From Candidatus Woesearchaeota archaeon (lineage in GTDB: Archaea > Nanobdellota > Nanobdellia > SCGC-AAA011-G17 > UBA489): a DNA stretch of 64,000 nucleotides. The position numbers and the translations under genes are program-made. The first letter of the stretch is position 1, and the number at the start of each line of letters is the position of its first letter. Positions 1 through 9,113 of this stretch are shown here, in pieces. Below the pieces are notes generated by a model. The model saw only the letters and a program-made list of their open reading frames with translations. It was not told the origin of the DNA and ran no database searches. The DNA lies in the NCBI GenBank assembly GCA_964367375.1, contig CAYIXG010000004.1:59556-123555 (forward strand), in the 5' to 3' direction.

Positions 1-324
1 ACTTCGCTGTAGGTCTTCTTTAGTAAAATCAATTCCTGAATCTTCAATTGCAAGCTTTGCTCCTGCAATAGCATAATATAGAATCAAACCTGCGTGATCA
101 AATCCGAAGCGAGCTACACGTTCCACTGTTTTTTCTCGAACATACTTTTTCGGATCAAAATCATGTATTTCTGCTGCAATTTGAGTTACATGATCTTTTC
201 TTAAAGGAAATCGGGATATCTTACAAAAGGCGGTCTTTCCAGAAATTATTGCATTCCAGAAACTTTCTTTTCCGATACCTACTGGGGATACAGGACCGAG
301 TCCGGTGATAACCACTCTTCTCAT
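1..324 (-). CDS. fabF: Beta-ketoacyl-ACP synthase II (FabF/KAS-type ketosynthase), N-terminal part; runs off the window edge
   Basis: Not in the ORF track. Manual translation from ATG at 324: MRRVVITGLGPVSPVGIGKESFWNAIISGKTAFCKISRF...QIAAEIHDFDP...YAIAGAKLAIEDSGID, the classic ketoacyl-synthase N-terminus (RRVVITGLG.VSP.G). Catalytic Cys/His lie outside the window, so FAS vs PKS cannot be decided. Confidence 0.85.
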   Translation of the reverse strand, partial: MRRVVITGLGPVSPVGIGKESFWNAIISGKTAFCKISRFPLRKDHVTQIAAEIHDFDPKKYVREKTVERVARFGFDHAGLILYYAIAGAKLAIEDSGIDFTKEDLQRS

Positions 325-376
325 TATAAATAGGTACCTCACTCTTGGTGGTGAAGTGAGGAATTGCCATCCTCCA

Positions 377-505
377 TCAGTTTTTCTTGATACTTTTTGC
401 TTTTCTTTTGTATGCCTCTATTAGACACCACTCAAACACTGTCACTTTTTCATCTCCGTCAAGAGTATCATACCACTCCTTTGCTTTTAATACTAATTCA
501 TTCAT
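377..505 (-). CDS. Small hypothetical protein (42 aa) upstream of fabF
   Basis: Manual translation MNELVLKAKEWYDTLDGDEKVTVFEWCLIEAYKRKAKSIKKN; purine-rich GCAGGA upstream; same strand as fabF. Confidence 0.45.
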   Translation of the reverse strand: MNELVLKAKEWYDTLDGDEKVTVFEWCLIEAYKRKAKSIKKN

Positions 506-554
506 TTTATCCTGCTTATGTCATCTTTTGCATCTTTATCATATAAATGATTGC

Positions 555-571
555 CACCGTAGCATACGGTG
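555..571. promoter_or_regulatory. 17-bp inverted repeat, candidate TrmB-family operator
   Basis: CACCGTA-GCA-TACGGTG (perfect 7-bp arms) between the divergent fabF unit and a TrmB gene, abutting a BRE/TATA-like GAAAAATTTAAAA. Confidence 0.55.
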
Positions 572-627
572 ACACTAGAAAAATTTAAAAAGCTAAAATG
601 CTTAATGTTTACTCAGGTGGTTATGAA

Positions 628-1422
628 ATGGAAACTCTGGATCCGTCTCTTTTATCAAAAAATTTTGGACTAACTCACACTGAATCTCTTGTCTTTTTTG
701 AACTCCTTCGCTCTGGGGAATCACCAATAGGACTCATCATAAAGAAAACTGGCCTTCATAGAGGAACAGTATATAATACTATCCAAAGACTTATAGAAAA
801 GGGTTTAGTAGCTCAACAAAAAGGAGATGAAACCACCTTTTATGAGGCTTCTCATTTTGGATTATTATACACAATAGACGAAGAAGAACATTTATTGAAA
901 CAAAAGAAAAAATCTATCAAACAAATTCTTCATTGGATGAAAATTAATAAACAAGTTAATGAATCTGAGAGTAGTGATGTACGCATTCTCTATGGAAACA
1001 AAGCACTTAAGGGATTCTATCCTGCTCTTTACGAAACATGTAGAGCAAATGAGTATACACATTATGCCATTGGAAGCTTATTCTATGAAAGAAAGAAACT
1101 TACTGTAATGGATTTTAAAAAACGTCAAAAGTTTAAAATTCAAATGGGACTGAAATCAAAATCGATTAGCGATCCTTCTGAATTGTCAACCAAAGGTAAT
1201 GAATTTTTTCGTGGACATGCAAAGTATCTACCTAATTTTTCAATACCAATAGCTGTTTATATTTATGGAGACACGTCTGTATATATTGACTGGTTGAAAG
1301 ATAAGACTGAACTTATTTGCATAAATAATAAAAACGTCGCTGATTATAATAAAAAATTCTTCAATTATTTGTGGAAACAAAAAGCAATGAAAGTGTCTGA
1401 AGTTTATACACCTATAAATTAA
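628..1422 (+). CDS. TrmB-family transcriptional regulator (wHTH plus effector domain)
   Basis: FGLTHTESLVFFELL...IIKKTGLHRGTVYNTIQRLIEKGLV wHTH; C-terminal YKKFFNYLW. Start set to ATG 628 (GGTGG upstream) rather than 598. Confidence 0.85.
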   Translation: METLDPSLLSKNFGLTHTESLVFFELLRSGESPIGLIIKKTGLHRGTVYNTIQRLIEKGLVAQQKGDETTFYEASHFGLLYTIDEEEHLLKQKKKSIKQILHWMKINKQVNESESSDVRILYGNKALKGFYPALYETCRANEYTHYAIGSLFYERKKLTVMDFKKRQKFKIQMGLKSKSISDPSELSTKGNEFFRGHAKYLPNFSIPIAVYIYGDTSVYIDWLKDKTELICINNKNVADYNKKFFNYLWKQKAMKVSEVYTPIN

Positions 1423-1424
1423 TC

Positions 1425-3158
1425 TTACATCCCCCACACTGGATTCTGCTTCCGCCTCATTTCTGCTATCTCCTTTAAACATTCCAATTCAGACGAGGAC
1501 AAATATTTTTTGAACTTTTTCAACCTTGTAAACTCTTCCTCATTTATGTCACTATACAACACATCATCCTCTCTCACCTGACGGCCTACTGTGATACCTG
1601 GTACTGAAATGGCAACCTCTTTTCCAATCTCTGCCTGCTGTATGTTTTTCCCATCTTCTTGAATTTCTTTAATCACGCCTACCTTACTTCCATCCTTCTT
1701 CATTATATCAGCGTTCACCATCATGACTCCAAGCTCCACATGCACCCCAAACACTGCAGGATTTGACTGTCGGAAGATGAACCCTCGTAATATCTTTATC
1801 TTACACGGCCTCTGCAATCCTTCAGCTTCCTTTGCTGCACGTTTCTTTTCTTGCTCTTTCTTCCACACATCAAACTCCTCCACAATCTTGAACACCACAT
1901 CATGGCAAATTTGATGCACCTCTGTTTGCCCTTCTGCTTTCTTTACATTAAAACCAAGAATAACCCTCTTCATGACATCCTTCTCTGCCTTCGCTTCTGC
2001 AATATCCTTCTTTGACACATCCCCGATAGATACCCTTTTGATAGGCACCCCTGCATTTTTCAATAAGCCTGTAATTGCTTCTAAACTTCCAATCGTATCT
2101 GCCTTCACCACGACACCCTCCTTTTCTGTCTTCATCATCACCTCCTCAATCTCCTCCTGCATCTCTTGCGCAACCTCTTTCACATTCTTATTTGCCACCA
2201 CAATTGGCATCCCCCCAATGACGTTCTGCTCAGTATTCGGAGCAGCAATCTTTACACTTGCAGCAGCACTTGCCTTCTTTATTGTACTATACTTGCTTGT
2301 TCCTGTCTCTGCTTCAAACAAACCCCTTACTTTTGTGACAATAGGCTTTCCTAATGTTCCGATGACAATCTGATCATTGACGCGTATTGTTCCATCATAC
2401 AAAATAACATCCAATGTTGTTCCTAGCCCCTTTTCCTCCTTCACCTCAAGAATCGTTGCCCTTCCCGGAGTTGTTGTCTTTATTTCCAGCTTCTTTTCCA
2501 TAAACTTCTGCGCCAACCCGAGAATAGTCATCACCAACTCTGGCAAACCTTCCTTCGTCTTTGCACTCACCGGGACAATCGCGATCTGCCGCGTGAAATC
2601 ATCAACCCTATCAAAACGCTCTGCGTTTAAGTTATACTTTGCAAGGCTTGCTACAAGCTCGTACACTTTCTTATCCAACTCTTCCTGCACTCGAGATGAT
2701 TGAGAGGCTATGGCATCTCCTAATCCCTTTGATTCATAGGTATGCCAGCCAGTTATCGTATCAATCTTGTTCAACGCAATCACAAATGGTGTTTTGTACT
2801 GCTTCAAAATTTCAATCGATTCTTTCGTTTGATCCTTCACTCCTTCTCGTATATCAATTACTACAATCGCCATATCTGCAAGATTTCCCCCCCTCTTCCG
2901 CATACTATTAAACGCGGCGTGGCCAGGACTATCTAAAAACAGCAATCCTGGAATGGTCAACCTTGCCATCATCTTCTCCCCCACTGCTCCGCAAATTTCC
3001 CGAATGCGCTTCATTGGCACATTATATGATTTTATTGACTGCGTAATCAATCCTGGCTCTGTCTTTGTAATTGAGCACCCGCTCACTCGCTCCAGAATAC
3101 TTGATTTGCCGTGGTCAATATGACCAACAAGCACCACTATTGGTTGTCTGACAGTCAT
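1425..3158 (-). CDS. infB: Translation initiation factor aIF5B (IF-2)
   Basis: RQPIVVLVGHIDHGKS P-loop, DSPGHAAF, NKID, KADTIGSLEA, FRQSNPAVFGV, C-terminal W-G-M. Start placed at MTVRQP (3158). Confidence 0.97.
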   Translation of the reverse strand: MTVRQPIVVLVGHIDHGKSSILERVSGCSITKTEPGLITQSIKSYNVPMKRIREICGAVGEKMMARLTIPGLLFLDSPGHAAFNSMRKRGGNLADMAIVVIDIREGVKDQTKESIEILKQYKTPFVIALNKIDTITGWHTYESKGLGDAIASQSSRVQEELDKKVYELVASLAKYNLNAERFDRVDDFTRQIAIVPVSAKTKEGLPELVMTILGLAQKFMEKKLEIKTTTPGRATILEVKEEKGLGTTLDVILYDGTIRVNDQIVIGTLGKPIVTKVRGLFEAETGTSKYSTIKKASAAASVKIAAPNTEQNVIGGMPIVVANKNVKEVAQEMQEEIEEVMMKTEKEGVVVKADTIGSLEAITGLLKNAGVPIKRVSIGDVSKKDIAEAKAEKDVMKRVILGFNVKKAEGQTEVHQICHDVVFKIVEEFDVWKKEQEKKRAAKEAEGLQRPCKIKILRGFIFRQSNPAVFGVHVELGVMMVNADIMKKDGSKVGVIKEIQEDGKNIQQAEIGKEVAISVPGITVGRQVREDDVLYSDINEEEFTRLKKFKKYLSSSELECLKEIAEMRRKQNPVWGM

Positions 3159-3265
3159 TTTTTGCTTTTTTTTCTTGAACAAACCTTTTTTATCTTTTGT
3201 TCGGTTTTCTTCATCATAGTAATGCTCGTTTTTTAAAGATTGTGGCAAGAACTCTGTCACAACCC

Positions 3266-3358
3266 TTATATATGAGCATATATAAAGAAAACTTCTGGGG
3301 GTACACTATATATTTTTTGCAAGGACTATTTCCTTTGCTCTGCCCCTATTAACACTAT
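3266..3358. promoter_or_regulatory. Palindrome plus phased CTAT repeats upstream of phoU
   Basis: TTATATATG-AG-CATATATAA (3266-3285); CTAT at 3306, 3326 and 3346 (20-bp spacing) and at 3355. Confidence 0.35.
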
Positions 3359-3392
3359 ACGCCCACACGGGAAGAAGAGGGAGGGGATCATC

Positions 3393-4343
3393 GTGGAATA
3401 TCGAAAACTCATCAAATTTGGCAACAGTTCTTTTGTTATTTCTGTACCCAAACAATGGATGGAGAAAAACAGCCTCAAAAAAGGAGACCTTGTTTATTTC
3501 ACCAACAATGGAGATAATGAACTTATCATCAGCGCAAAAAACAATGATAATGTCCGCGTCAAACTCCAAGAGATTACTATTACGACAGATGCGAAATCAC
3601 AGAAGGACGTCAACCGAGAAATTATCAGCGCGTATCTCAAAAACTTTCACCAGATCACTGTTGTTGGAAGCAACTTAGACAAGAAAGTGAGAGACATTCG
3701 CAAATGCATAAACAACCTTGTTGGCTTGGAAATTATTGAGCATACCAAAGATAGGATTGTTGCAAAAGACATTCTCAACATGAAAAAAATATCTGTCCTT
3801 GGCACACTCAAAAAAATTGACGCTATTGTTCGGGAGATGATTGAAGACAGCAAGCATACCTTGAGCAGAGACGCCTATGACAGCATTCTTGTTCGCGATG
3901 AGGATGTGAATCGGTTGACAAACCTTGTCTTCCGCATCAGCAGATACGTCTTAAAAAAACCACACCTCTTACACAGCACCGGACTGACACCCTTTGACTT
4001 CTTCAAGTACTTCCAAGTTGCAGACAACCTGGAAAAAATAGGAGACGAAACAAAACGCCTGAGCCGATTCCTCCGCAAAATGGAAGTCGCTGGAGACATT
4101 CATGACGAACTTGTTACTATCTACCAGCGCATCCATGACTCTTACACTCAAGCCATGGAATGTTTTTACGCGCATGACGTCAAAGCAGCAACCGAACGCG
4201 CAACTCGAGATGCAGCCATTAGAGAAGCATGCGACACCTTCATGATGAAACATAAAGATATTCCTCTCATGGATGCTGTCGTTGAAAAACTTAAACAAAT
4301 GCACTACCACATTCATTCCATTGGAAGGGAGGTTTATCAATAA
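3393..4343 (+). CDS. phoU: AbrB-PhoU phosphate uptake regulator
   Basis: N-terminal RKLIKFGNSSFVISVPKQW AbrB/MazE motif; PhoU helices DEDVNRL and LEKIGD; GGGAGGGG SD before GTG. Confidence 0.9.
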   Translation: MEYRKLIKFGNSSFVISVPKQWMEKNSLKKGDLVYFTNNGDNELIISAKNNDNVRVKLQEITITTDAKSQKDVNREIISAYLKNFHQITVVGSNLDKKVRDIRKCINNLVGLEIIEHTKDRIVAKDILNMKKISVLGTLKKIDAIVREMIEDSKHTLSRDAYDSILVRDEDVNRLTNLVFRISRYVLKKPHLLHSTGLTPFDFFKYFQVADNLEKIGDETKRLSRFLRKMEVAGDIHDELVTIYQRIHDSYTQAMECFYAHDVKAATERATRDAAIREACDTFMMKHKDIPLMDAVVEKLKQMHYHIHSIGREVYQ

Positions 4344-4349
4344 TTTCCC

Positions 4350-5939
4350 ATGCTTGAGCGAAAAATACTTGTCTACAACGGGTATAGGGACACTGTCAGT
4401 CCTCTGGTGAAAGAGATTGCACGAGACCTCAGCCCAGGAATTACTGTTGACTCTCACATCGATTACTCTACCCTTTCTCCTGCCTTAAGCCAAGGGTATG
4501 ATCTTGTTGTTTTTAACCTTCAACTTCCTGGAAGCCAAGCAAACAATGAAAAAAGAAGGGAAAACGAGGACGTTCTTGAGATGCTCAATAACCGAGGTCT
4601 TCCTGTTATTCTTGTTACCGAACGCTTTACTCATCCTTTTGCAGCACACCCTCCTTCTCCTCCTGTCGCAACAGGATACAGCAGAAAACAAATAAGTGAC
4701 ATCCACAGCAGATTTAATGACACCGTAAAATACGGGATTCTTCTTGATACTCCTCAAGGTAGAACTCACCTTCAGGAAGCTATCAGCAGAACCCTTACCA
4801 ACCCTGTCTATCTCCTTGATAGAGTTGGTATTATCGGGCTCGGACGCATTGGTTTTGAAGCTGCCTATTCTCTTTTGCAAGGAGTTTATAATCTTCGATC
4901 CCTTGTTGTTGCTCAACGAAATGATGGGACACTTGGGCATAAGGCGCATATCAACTTCGCAAAACTCGGAGAAACCATTCCTATCACTGCCCACCCACGA
5001 ACCACGCTCACCCAAGGTAGCATTGACGACATCATTCAAAATGCAGGCATTGTGATCGTTTCCATCGGAAATCATGATCAAGAAAAACGTATGATTCGCC
5101 GAGAGGAACTCCTTCAAGCGAACCTCCTTCCTACCATACATCTTGCTGAACAATTCAGGAATTATCAGGGTCACGTCCTTCTCGTCACCAACCCGACAGA
5201 CCTTCTTGCGCTTGCTTTCCACCTTTATTCTCGATCTGCTGATGGTTCAGGACCAACAGTGACTGGTATGAACTATCTCGATTACATCCGCGTCAATGAC
5301 ACCCTTCGTGACATCCTCAAAAAAGAAGGATATGAATCAGACGTTGACTTCCGCCTTGTAGGGACTCATACTGATAAAGGACCTGTTCTTTCCAACCTTT
5401 TCATTGGTGGTATTCCTTGGGAGAGAGTCATATTTCCTGAACACACGAACAAACCTTGGCTTGTAAGCCGAGGAGGGACTGGAAAAATGAAAAGAGGAAA
5501 ACCCCTCCTCGAAACCATTCAAAAACAACTTGCTATTAAAGGAGGACTCATTAGAGAACTTGCAAACGGAGACACTAATGAAAAACTGACTGCAGGATCT
5601 ATTGCAGAAAACATTGGGGCTATCCAACGAGCGCAGCCTTTTTATGCAAGCACACTTATTGATCTTTTGATTACTGGAGGATTTACAGGTACTTCTTTTG
5701 CAGAGCAAACAGCAACCGCATTTCCCCATGGAATGTATATGGGGTGGAATATACTCTATCGTGGTCTTGGCGTTGAACCACGACCTCTCACCTTTGAAGG
5801 TGATGATCAACGAACACTGCTTCTTCAAGAACTTCTTAACTTACGCAAACGCATTCTTGATCACATCAGAAGCCATCCTCAAGATGAATGGACAGCGTAT
5901 TCGCGCCTCATTAACTTTTTTAATCCCCGCAAAACATAA
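4350..5939 (+). CDS. Pseudo-receiver domain fused to a lactate/malate dehydrogenase-family domain
   Basis: N-terminal KILVYNG...YDLVVFNLQLPG...LPVILVT (REC pattern, Asp replaced by Asn); then VGIIGLGRIG, RREELLQAN, VTNPTD, LDYIR, GTHTD (LDH/MDH motifs). Confidence 0.7.
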   Translation: MLERKILVYNGYRDTVSPLVKEIARDLSPGITVDSHIDYSTLSPALSQGYDLVVFNLQLPGSQANNEKRRENEDVLEMLNNRGLPVILVTERFTHPFAAHPPSPPVATGYSRKQISDIHSRFNDTVKYGILLDTPQGRTHLQEAISRTLTNPVYLLDRVGIIGLGRIGFEAAYSLLQGVYNLRSLVVAQRNDGTLGHKAHINFAKLGETIPITAHPRTTLTQGSIDDIIQNAGIVIVSIGNHDQEKRMIRREELLQANLLPTIHLAEQFRNYQGHVLLVTNPTDLLALAFHLYSRSADGSGPTVTGMNYLDYIRVNDTLRDILKKEGYESDVDFRLVGTHTDKGPVLSNLFIGGIPWERVIFPEHTNKPWLVSRGGTGKMKRGKPLLETIQKQLAIKGGLIRELANGDTNEKLTAGSIAENIGAIQRAQPFYASTLIDLLITGGFTGTSFAEQTATAFPHGMYMGWNILYRGLGVEPRPLTFEGDDQRTLLLQELLNLRKRILDHIRSHPQDEWTAYSRLINFFNPRKT

Positions 5940-5949
5940 GACTCTTTCT

Positions 5950-6672
5950 TTACTTCTTTGCCATTCCCCACAATAAATTAAAATATTTCCGATACTGATC
6001 CGCAATCCTTTTGCTTTGAATCACTATTCCCAACTCTGGCTCAGACCAAATAAACATTGCAACTTTGTCTCCATACACGGTTGTTGTTGCAGGGCTTTCG
6101 TATTCGTTCGGAAGATAGGCAGCCTTTGTAAAAGGCAACGTGTTTAAATATGTAATTCGTTCTTTTGCATCTGCATCATAAATGTGCCACTGCCACATCT
6201 TGTTCTTAATCCTTCGCTTATGATAAATAGACACAAAATTCTTCATCTTCTCTGACATGTCCCGCGGCACTCCAAACGTGAGCACATCCTTTCCTTCCTG
6301 CAAGATATCGTCAGTAATAGCCCTAATTCCCTTCATCCCCTCATAAATCACTGCCTTTTCCCTTTCCTTCGACAACTTTTGATCAAGAAGCAATGTCGGC
6401 AACACTGCCTCAAACTTCTTCTGCTGATCCTTCAGAAGATCCAATATTCTTTCCGGTGATGTTGACTGAAACAACTTCTTTTTTCCCTTAAATATGTAGG
6501 TGACCAATCCCTTTTCTATCAGACGATCAAGGGCATCATAAATATTCGTCCGATGCACATCAATCTTTGACGCAATAATTCCTGCTGTTGCAGATCCCAA
6601 ACGAAGCAAGGCTAAATAGACCTTCTCCTCATTCTTGCTAAAACCGAGCTCTATCAGCACATTTTCCCGCAT
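5950..6672 (-). CDS. TrmB-family transcriptional regulator
   Basis: LGFSKNEEKVYLALLRLGSATAGIIASKIDVHRTNIYDALDRLIEKGLV; IYEGMKG; YRKYFNLLW. Confidence 0.92.
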   Translation of the reverse strand: MRENVLIELGFSKNEEKVYLALLRLGSATAGIIASKIDVHRTNIYDALDRLIEKGLVTYIFKGKKKLFQSTSPERILDLLKDQQKKFEAVLPTLLLDQKLSKEREKAVIYEGMKGIRAITDDILQEGKDVLTFGVPRDMSEKMKNFVSIYHKRRIKNKMWQWHIYDADAKERITYLNTLPFTKAAYLPNEYESPATTTVYGDKVAMFIWSEPELGIVIQSKRIADQYRKYFNLLWGMAKK

Positions 6673-6924
6673 TTCTTATCACATACTTTCTTCACCTTAT
6701 AAACTTTTTTACTGTTGTCTTTTTCACTACAACATACCTTTATTTCAGAAAAGAAAATGCAAACAGCTTTTCTTGGCTATTTTATTTCCTTATTCTTTTT
6801 TAAAAAGTATATACATTCCTATATTTACACTCCTTCTTTTGTTGTTATTAACTATACAACATTAATTTATATAATTTGTTTGCTGCCCCATTGACATCAT
6901 ATACACAACAGGGGGTTATGACCA

Positions 6925-7077
6925 ATGCCACAAAAAAGCAAAGACCGCCGCACAGACGAGCCTCAGGAATTGACAGAAGAAGACTTTTACACAGAAGAAG
7001 AGATAGAGGAACTCTTGGAAGATGATGAGATAACCACTGCAGAAGAGGCATTCATGCGCGGCTACATGGACGCGTAG
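6925..7077 (+). CDS. Small acidic protein (50 aa) with REELLEDDEIT...EAFMRGY motif
   Basis: Below ORF-track cutoff. MPQKSKDRRTDEPQELTEEDFYTEEDREELLEDDEITTAEEAFMRGYMDA; GGGGGTT SD 7 nt upstream; motif recurs in the protein at 20844-21089. Confidence 0.75.
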   Translation: MPQKSKDRRTDEPQELTEEDFYTEEEIEELLEDDEITTAEEAFMRGYMDA

Positions 7078-7110
7078 CACACCCTCTGGTTTCACTTTGG
7101 GGGGTGCCTT

Positions 7111-7230
7111 ATGGAATTAGCCTTAGAAGTCGAAACCGAGTCCCACATCAGAGGGCAGGTTATTCAGCTTGACGAGACCGCTGCTATCACGCAAGCCATC
7201 AGAAAAAACTGTATTGTCGCATACTATTAA
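7111..7230 (+). CDS. Small hypothetical protein (39 aa)
   Basis: MELALEVETESHIRGQVIQLDETAAITQAIRKNCIVAYY; strong GGGGGTG SD, embedded in a hairpin. Confidence 0.5.
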   Translation: MELALEVETESHIRGQVIQLDETAAITQAIRKNCIVAYY

Positions 7231-7270
7231 CTCTCATATTCATCTCTTGCGACATATCCTAGACAGACAT

Positions 7271-7681
7271 TTACACCTCTCTTTCTCTATTCTTCGCGTA
7301 CTCCAAAGGAATCTTCACAATTAACTTTCCCTTCTTCAACAACGCTCGCGTCTTCTTCCCATCTGCCTCCCTTGGCAAATCAATCATTCGATACAACGAC
7401 TTCTCTCTCCTCTTATTTCCGTCTTTTTCGCACACCTCCACCTCAATTTCCAACTTTCGTGGTCGCATCTTGATCACAATATCTTCTTTCTTCACTTCTG
7501 TAGGAAGAGACATGTGCACCATTATTCCCCCTTCACTCTGCGCAACCTCACAATATGGCTCTTCATACCTCCGCGCCACCCTCTTCACCGCTTTTATTTG
7601 CCTTCTGAGAAGCCGCATATTCCTGTGCACTGTGCGCTGCACAACATCCACAATATCCTCGGCCTGCTTCACTATATCCAT
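7271..7681 (-). CDS. Hsp20/alpha-crystallin family small heat shock protein
   Basis: LPTEVKKEDIVI...LEI...YRMIDLP...ALLKKGKLIVKIP alpha-crystallin pattern. Confidence 0.8.
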   Translation of the reverse strand: MDIVKQAEDIVDVVQRTVHRNMRLLRRQIKAVKRVARRYEEPYCEVAQSEGGIMVHMSLPTEVKKEDIVIKMRPRKLEIEVEVCEKDGNKRREKSLYRMIDLPREADGKKTRALLKKGKLIVKIPLEYAKNREREV

Positions 7682-7692
7682 GTTTCCTCTTT

Positions 7693-8250
7693 TTACCGCG
7701 TATGCTGCTCGTGCACTGTCTTATAGGAATGCAATTCGTTCGTCTTAAACCACAACTCTATTTCGTTCTTGGCTTCTGTGACAGAACCAGACGCATGGAT
7801 CAGGTTTCGACCACCAAACTTCCTTTGCGTTGCATATCCCATGCTCAATGAACAAAAATCACCACGAATTGTGCCTGGCGATGCCGCATGCGGAGACGTT
7901 GATCCAACCAATTTCCTTACAATATCCACTGCATGCACCCCTTCCAATACCAAGGCAATCACTGGACCTTCAGTCACATACTTCACAAGGTCCTCGCGCA
8001 CCTCTTTTCCAATCTCTTCCTTTGACTTATTCGTCTTCACATTCATCCTCTTCCAATCTTCCAAGGTTTTTTCTCCCAAAATAGGAATAAGAGACTCTGG
8101 ATAATGCTTTTTCACGAGATCCTTATCCATCCATATCATTTTCATTCCTATCACTTTTAAACCGACGTTTTCAAACCGCTCCAGAATCTTTCCTGCTAAA
8201 CTCCGTTGCACTGCATCAGGCTTCAACAAGACCAATGTTTTCTCAATCAT
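7693..8250 (-). CDS. ndk: Nucleoside diphosphate kinase
   Basis: [33 protein letters not shown] at 8250 overlaps the eL24 stop (ATGA). Confidence 0.96.
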   Translation of the reverse strand: MIEKTLVLLKPDAVQRSLAGKILERFENVGLKVIGMKMIWMDKDLVKKHYPESLIPILGEKTLEDWKRMNVKTNKSKEEIGKEVREDLVKYVTEGPVIALVLEGVHAVDIVRKLVGSTSPHAASPGTIRGDFCSLSMGYATQRKFGGRNLIHASGSVTEAKNEIELWFKTNELHSYKTVHEQHTR

Positions 8251-8417
8251 TTCTTGTACTCCCTCGTCCACTTGATCATCGCTGGCTTTCTTCCCAATTT
8301 TATGATATTCTTTTTACACTTTGATGAACAAAAATGAAAAATTCTTCCATCATTCTTCACAACCATCGTTCCTGTACCCTGAATAATCGCTTCCCCACAA
8401 AAACTACACTTCACCAT
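8247..8417 (-). CDS. rpl24e: 50S ribosomal protein eL24 (L24e)
   Basis: Below ORF-track cutoff. [37 protein letters not shown]...KWT; conserved position between eS28 and ndk. Confidence 0.95.
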   Translation of the reverse strand: MVKCSFCGEAIIQGTGTMVVKNDGRIFHFCSSKCKKNIIKLGRKPAMIKWTREYKK

Positions 8418-8418
8418 C

Positions 8419-8688
8419 TTATCGCTTCTTTCCCCTCTTACTCTGTGTCAATGATCGCGCTTCAATCTCTGTTTCCTTGAGAATAAGAATATCTTTTTCA
8501 CGCACCGGCCCCTTCACATTTCGACGCAATACCTTTCCTTTGTCAGACCCGTCCAAGACCCGACACCTCACTTGAATAATACCTCCTCGCGTCCCTGTCC
8601 TTCCAATTACCTCTTCAACCACTGCAGGCACAGGATCATATGTATACCCTCTCCTCACAACTTTTTCTTGTTCCCTCGGAGCTGCCAT
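8419..8688 (-). CDS. rps28e: 30S ribosomal protein eS28 (S28e)
   Basis: [18 protein letters not shown]...[21 protein letters not shown]. Confidence 0.96.
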   Translation of the reverse strand: MAAPREQEKVVRRGYTYDPVPAVVEEVIGRTGTRGGIIQVRCRVLDGSDKGKVLRRNVKGPVREKDILILKETEIEARSLTQSKRGKKR

Positions 8689-8689
8689 G

Positions 8690-9031
8690 TTATGTCTTTA
8701 CCTTTTCCGCAATTTCCTTCACTAAATCTATCCCTTCACCCTCTTCCACAATCGCCACAGACACTGTCGGCACATTTAAACCAGCGGCTGCTCCTAACTC
8801 TTCCTTACTCGGAACAATAAGCACTGGCGTTCCTTTCTCCTTGCACAAGGGAGTAATATGCATGGTAATTTCGGGAGGATTCGCATCCTCTGCAACAAGA
8901 ACAAGCTTTGCCGTTCCCCTCTCTACTGCCTTTGTTGTTTCATTTGTTCCCCGCCTGATTTTACCGCCTTTTCGCGCTAATTCAACGGCTTCATAAGCCT
9001 TTTTTACCAAATCCTTGCTTGCTTCTGCCAT
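8690..9031 (-). CDS. rpl7ae: 50S ribosomal protein eL8 (L7Ae)
   Basis: [26 protein letters not shown]...[10 protein letters not shown]. Confidence 0.97.
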   Translation of the reverse strand: MAEASKDLVKKAYEAVELARKGGKIRRGTNETTKAVERGTAKLVLVAEDANPPEITMHITPLCKEKGTPVLIVPSKEELGAAAGLNVPTVSVAIVEEGEGIDLVKEIAEKVKT

Positions 9032-9113
9032 TTTTGATCATCCTCACTCTTGATGAGATTTGACTGCCCGATGTCTTTAAAAAGGTTTTGGAGAAGCATT
9101 CCTGTTTTTTTCC

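Noticed and set aside
4325..4343. PhoU C-terminal REVY (and TrmB SEVY at ~1400) as further EKLKEVY-motif members
   Set aside because: Only three residues match; in phoU it is explained by the overlapping GGAGGT SD
6918..7004. Arg-rich alternative-frame peptide MTNATKKQRPPHRRASGIDRRRLLHRRR
   Set aside because: ATG is too close to the SD, and the Arg runs are the frame-shifted reading of GAA/GAC codons in the acidic ORF, which has a paralog
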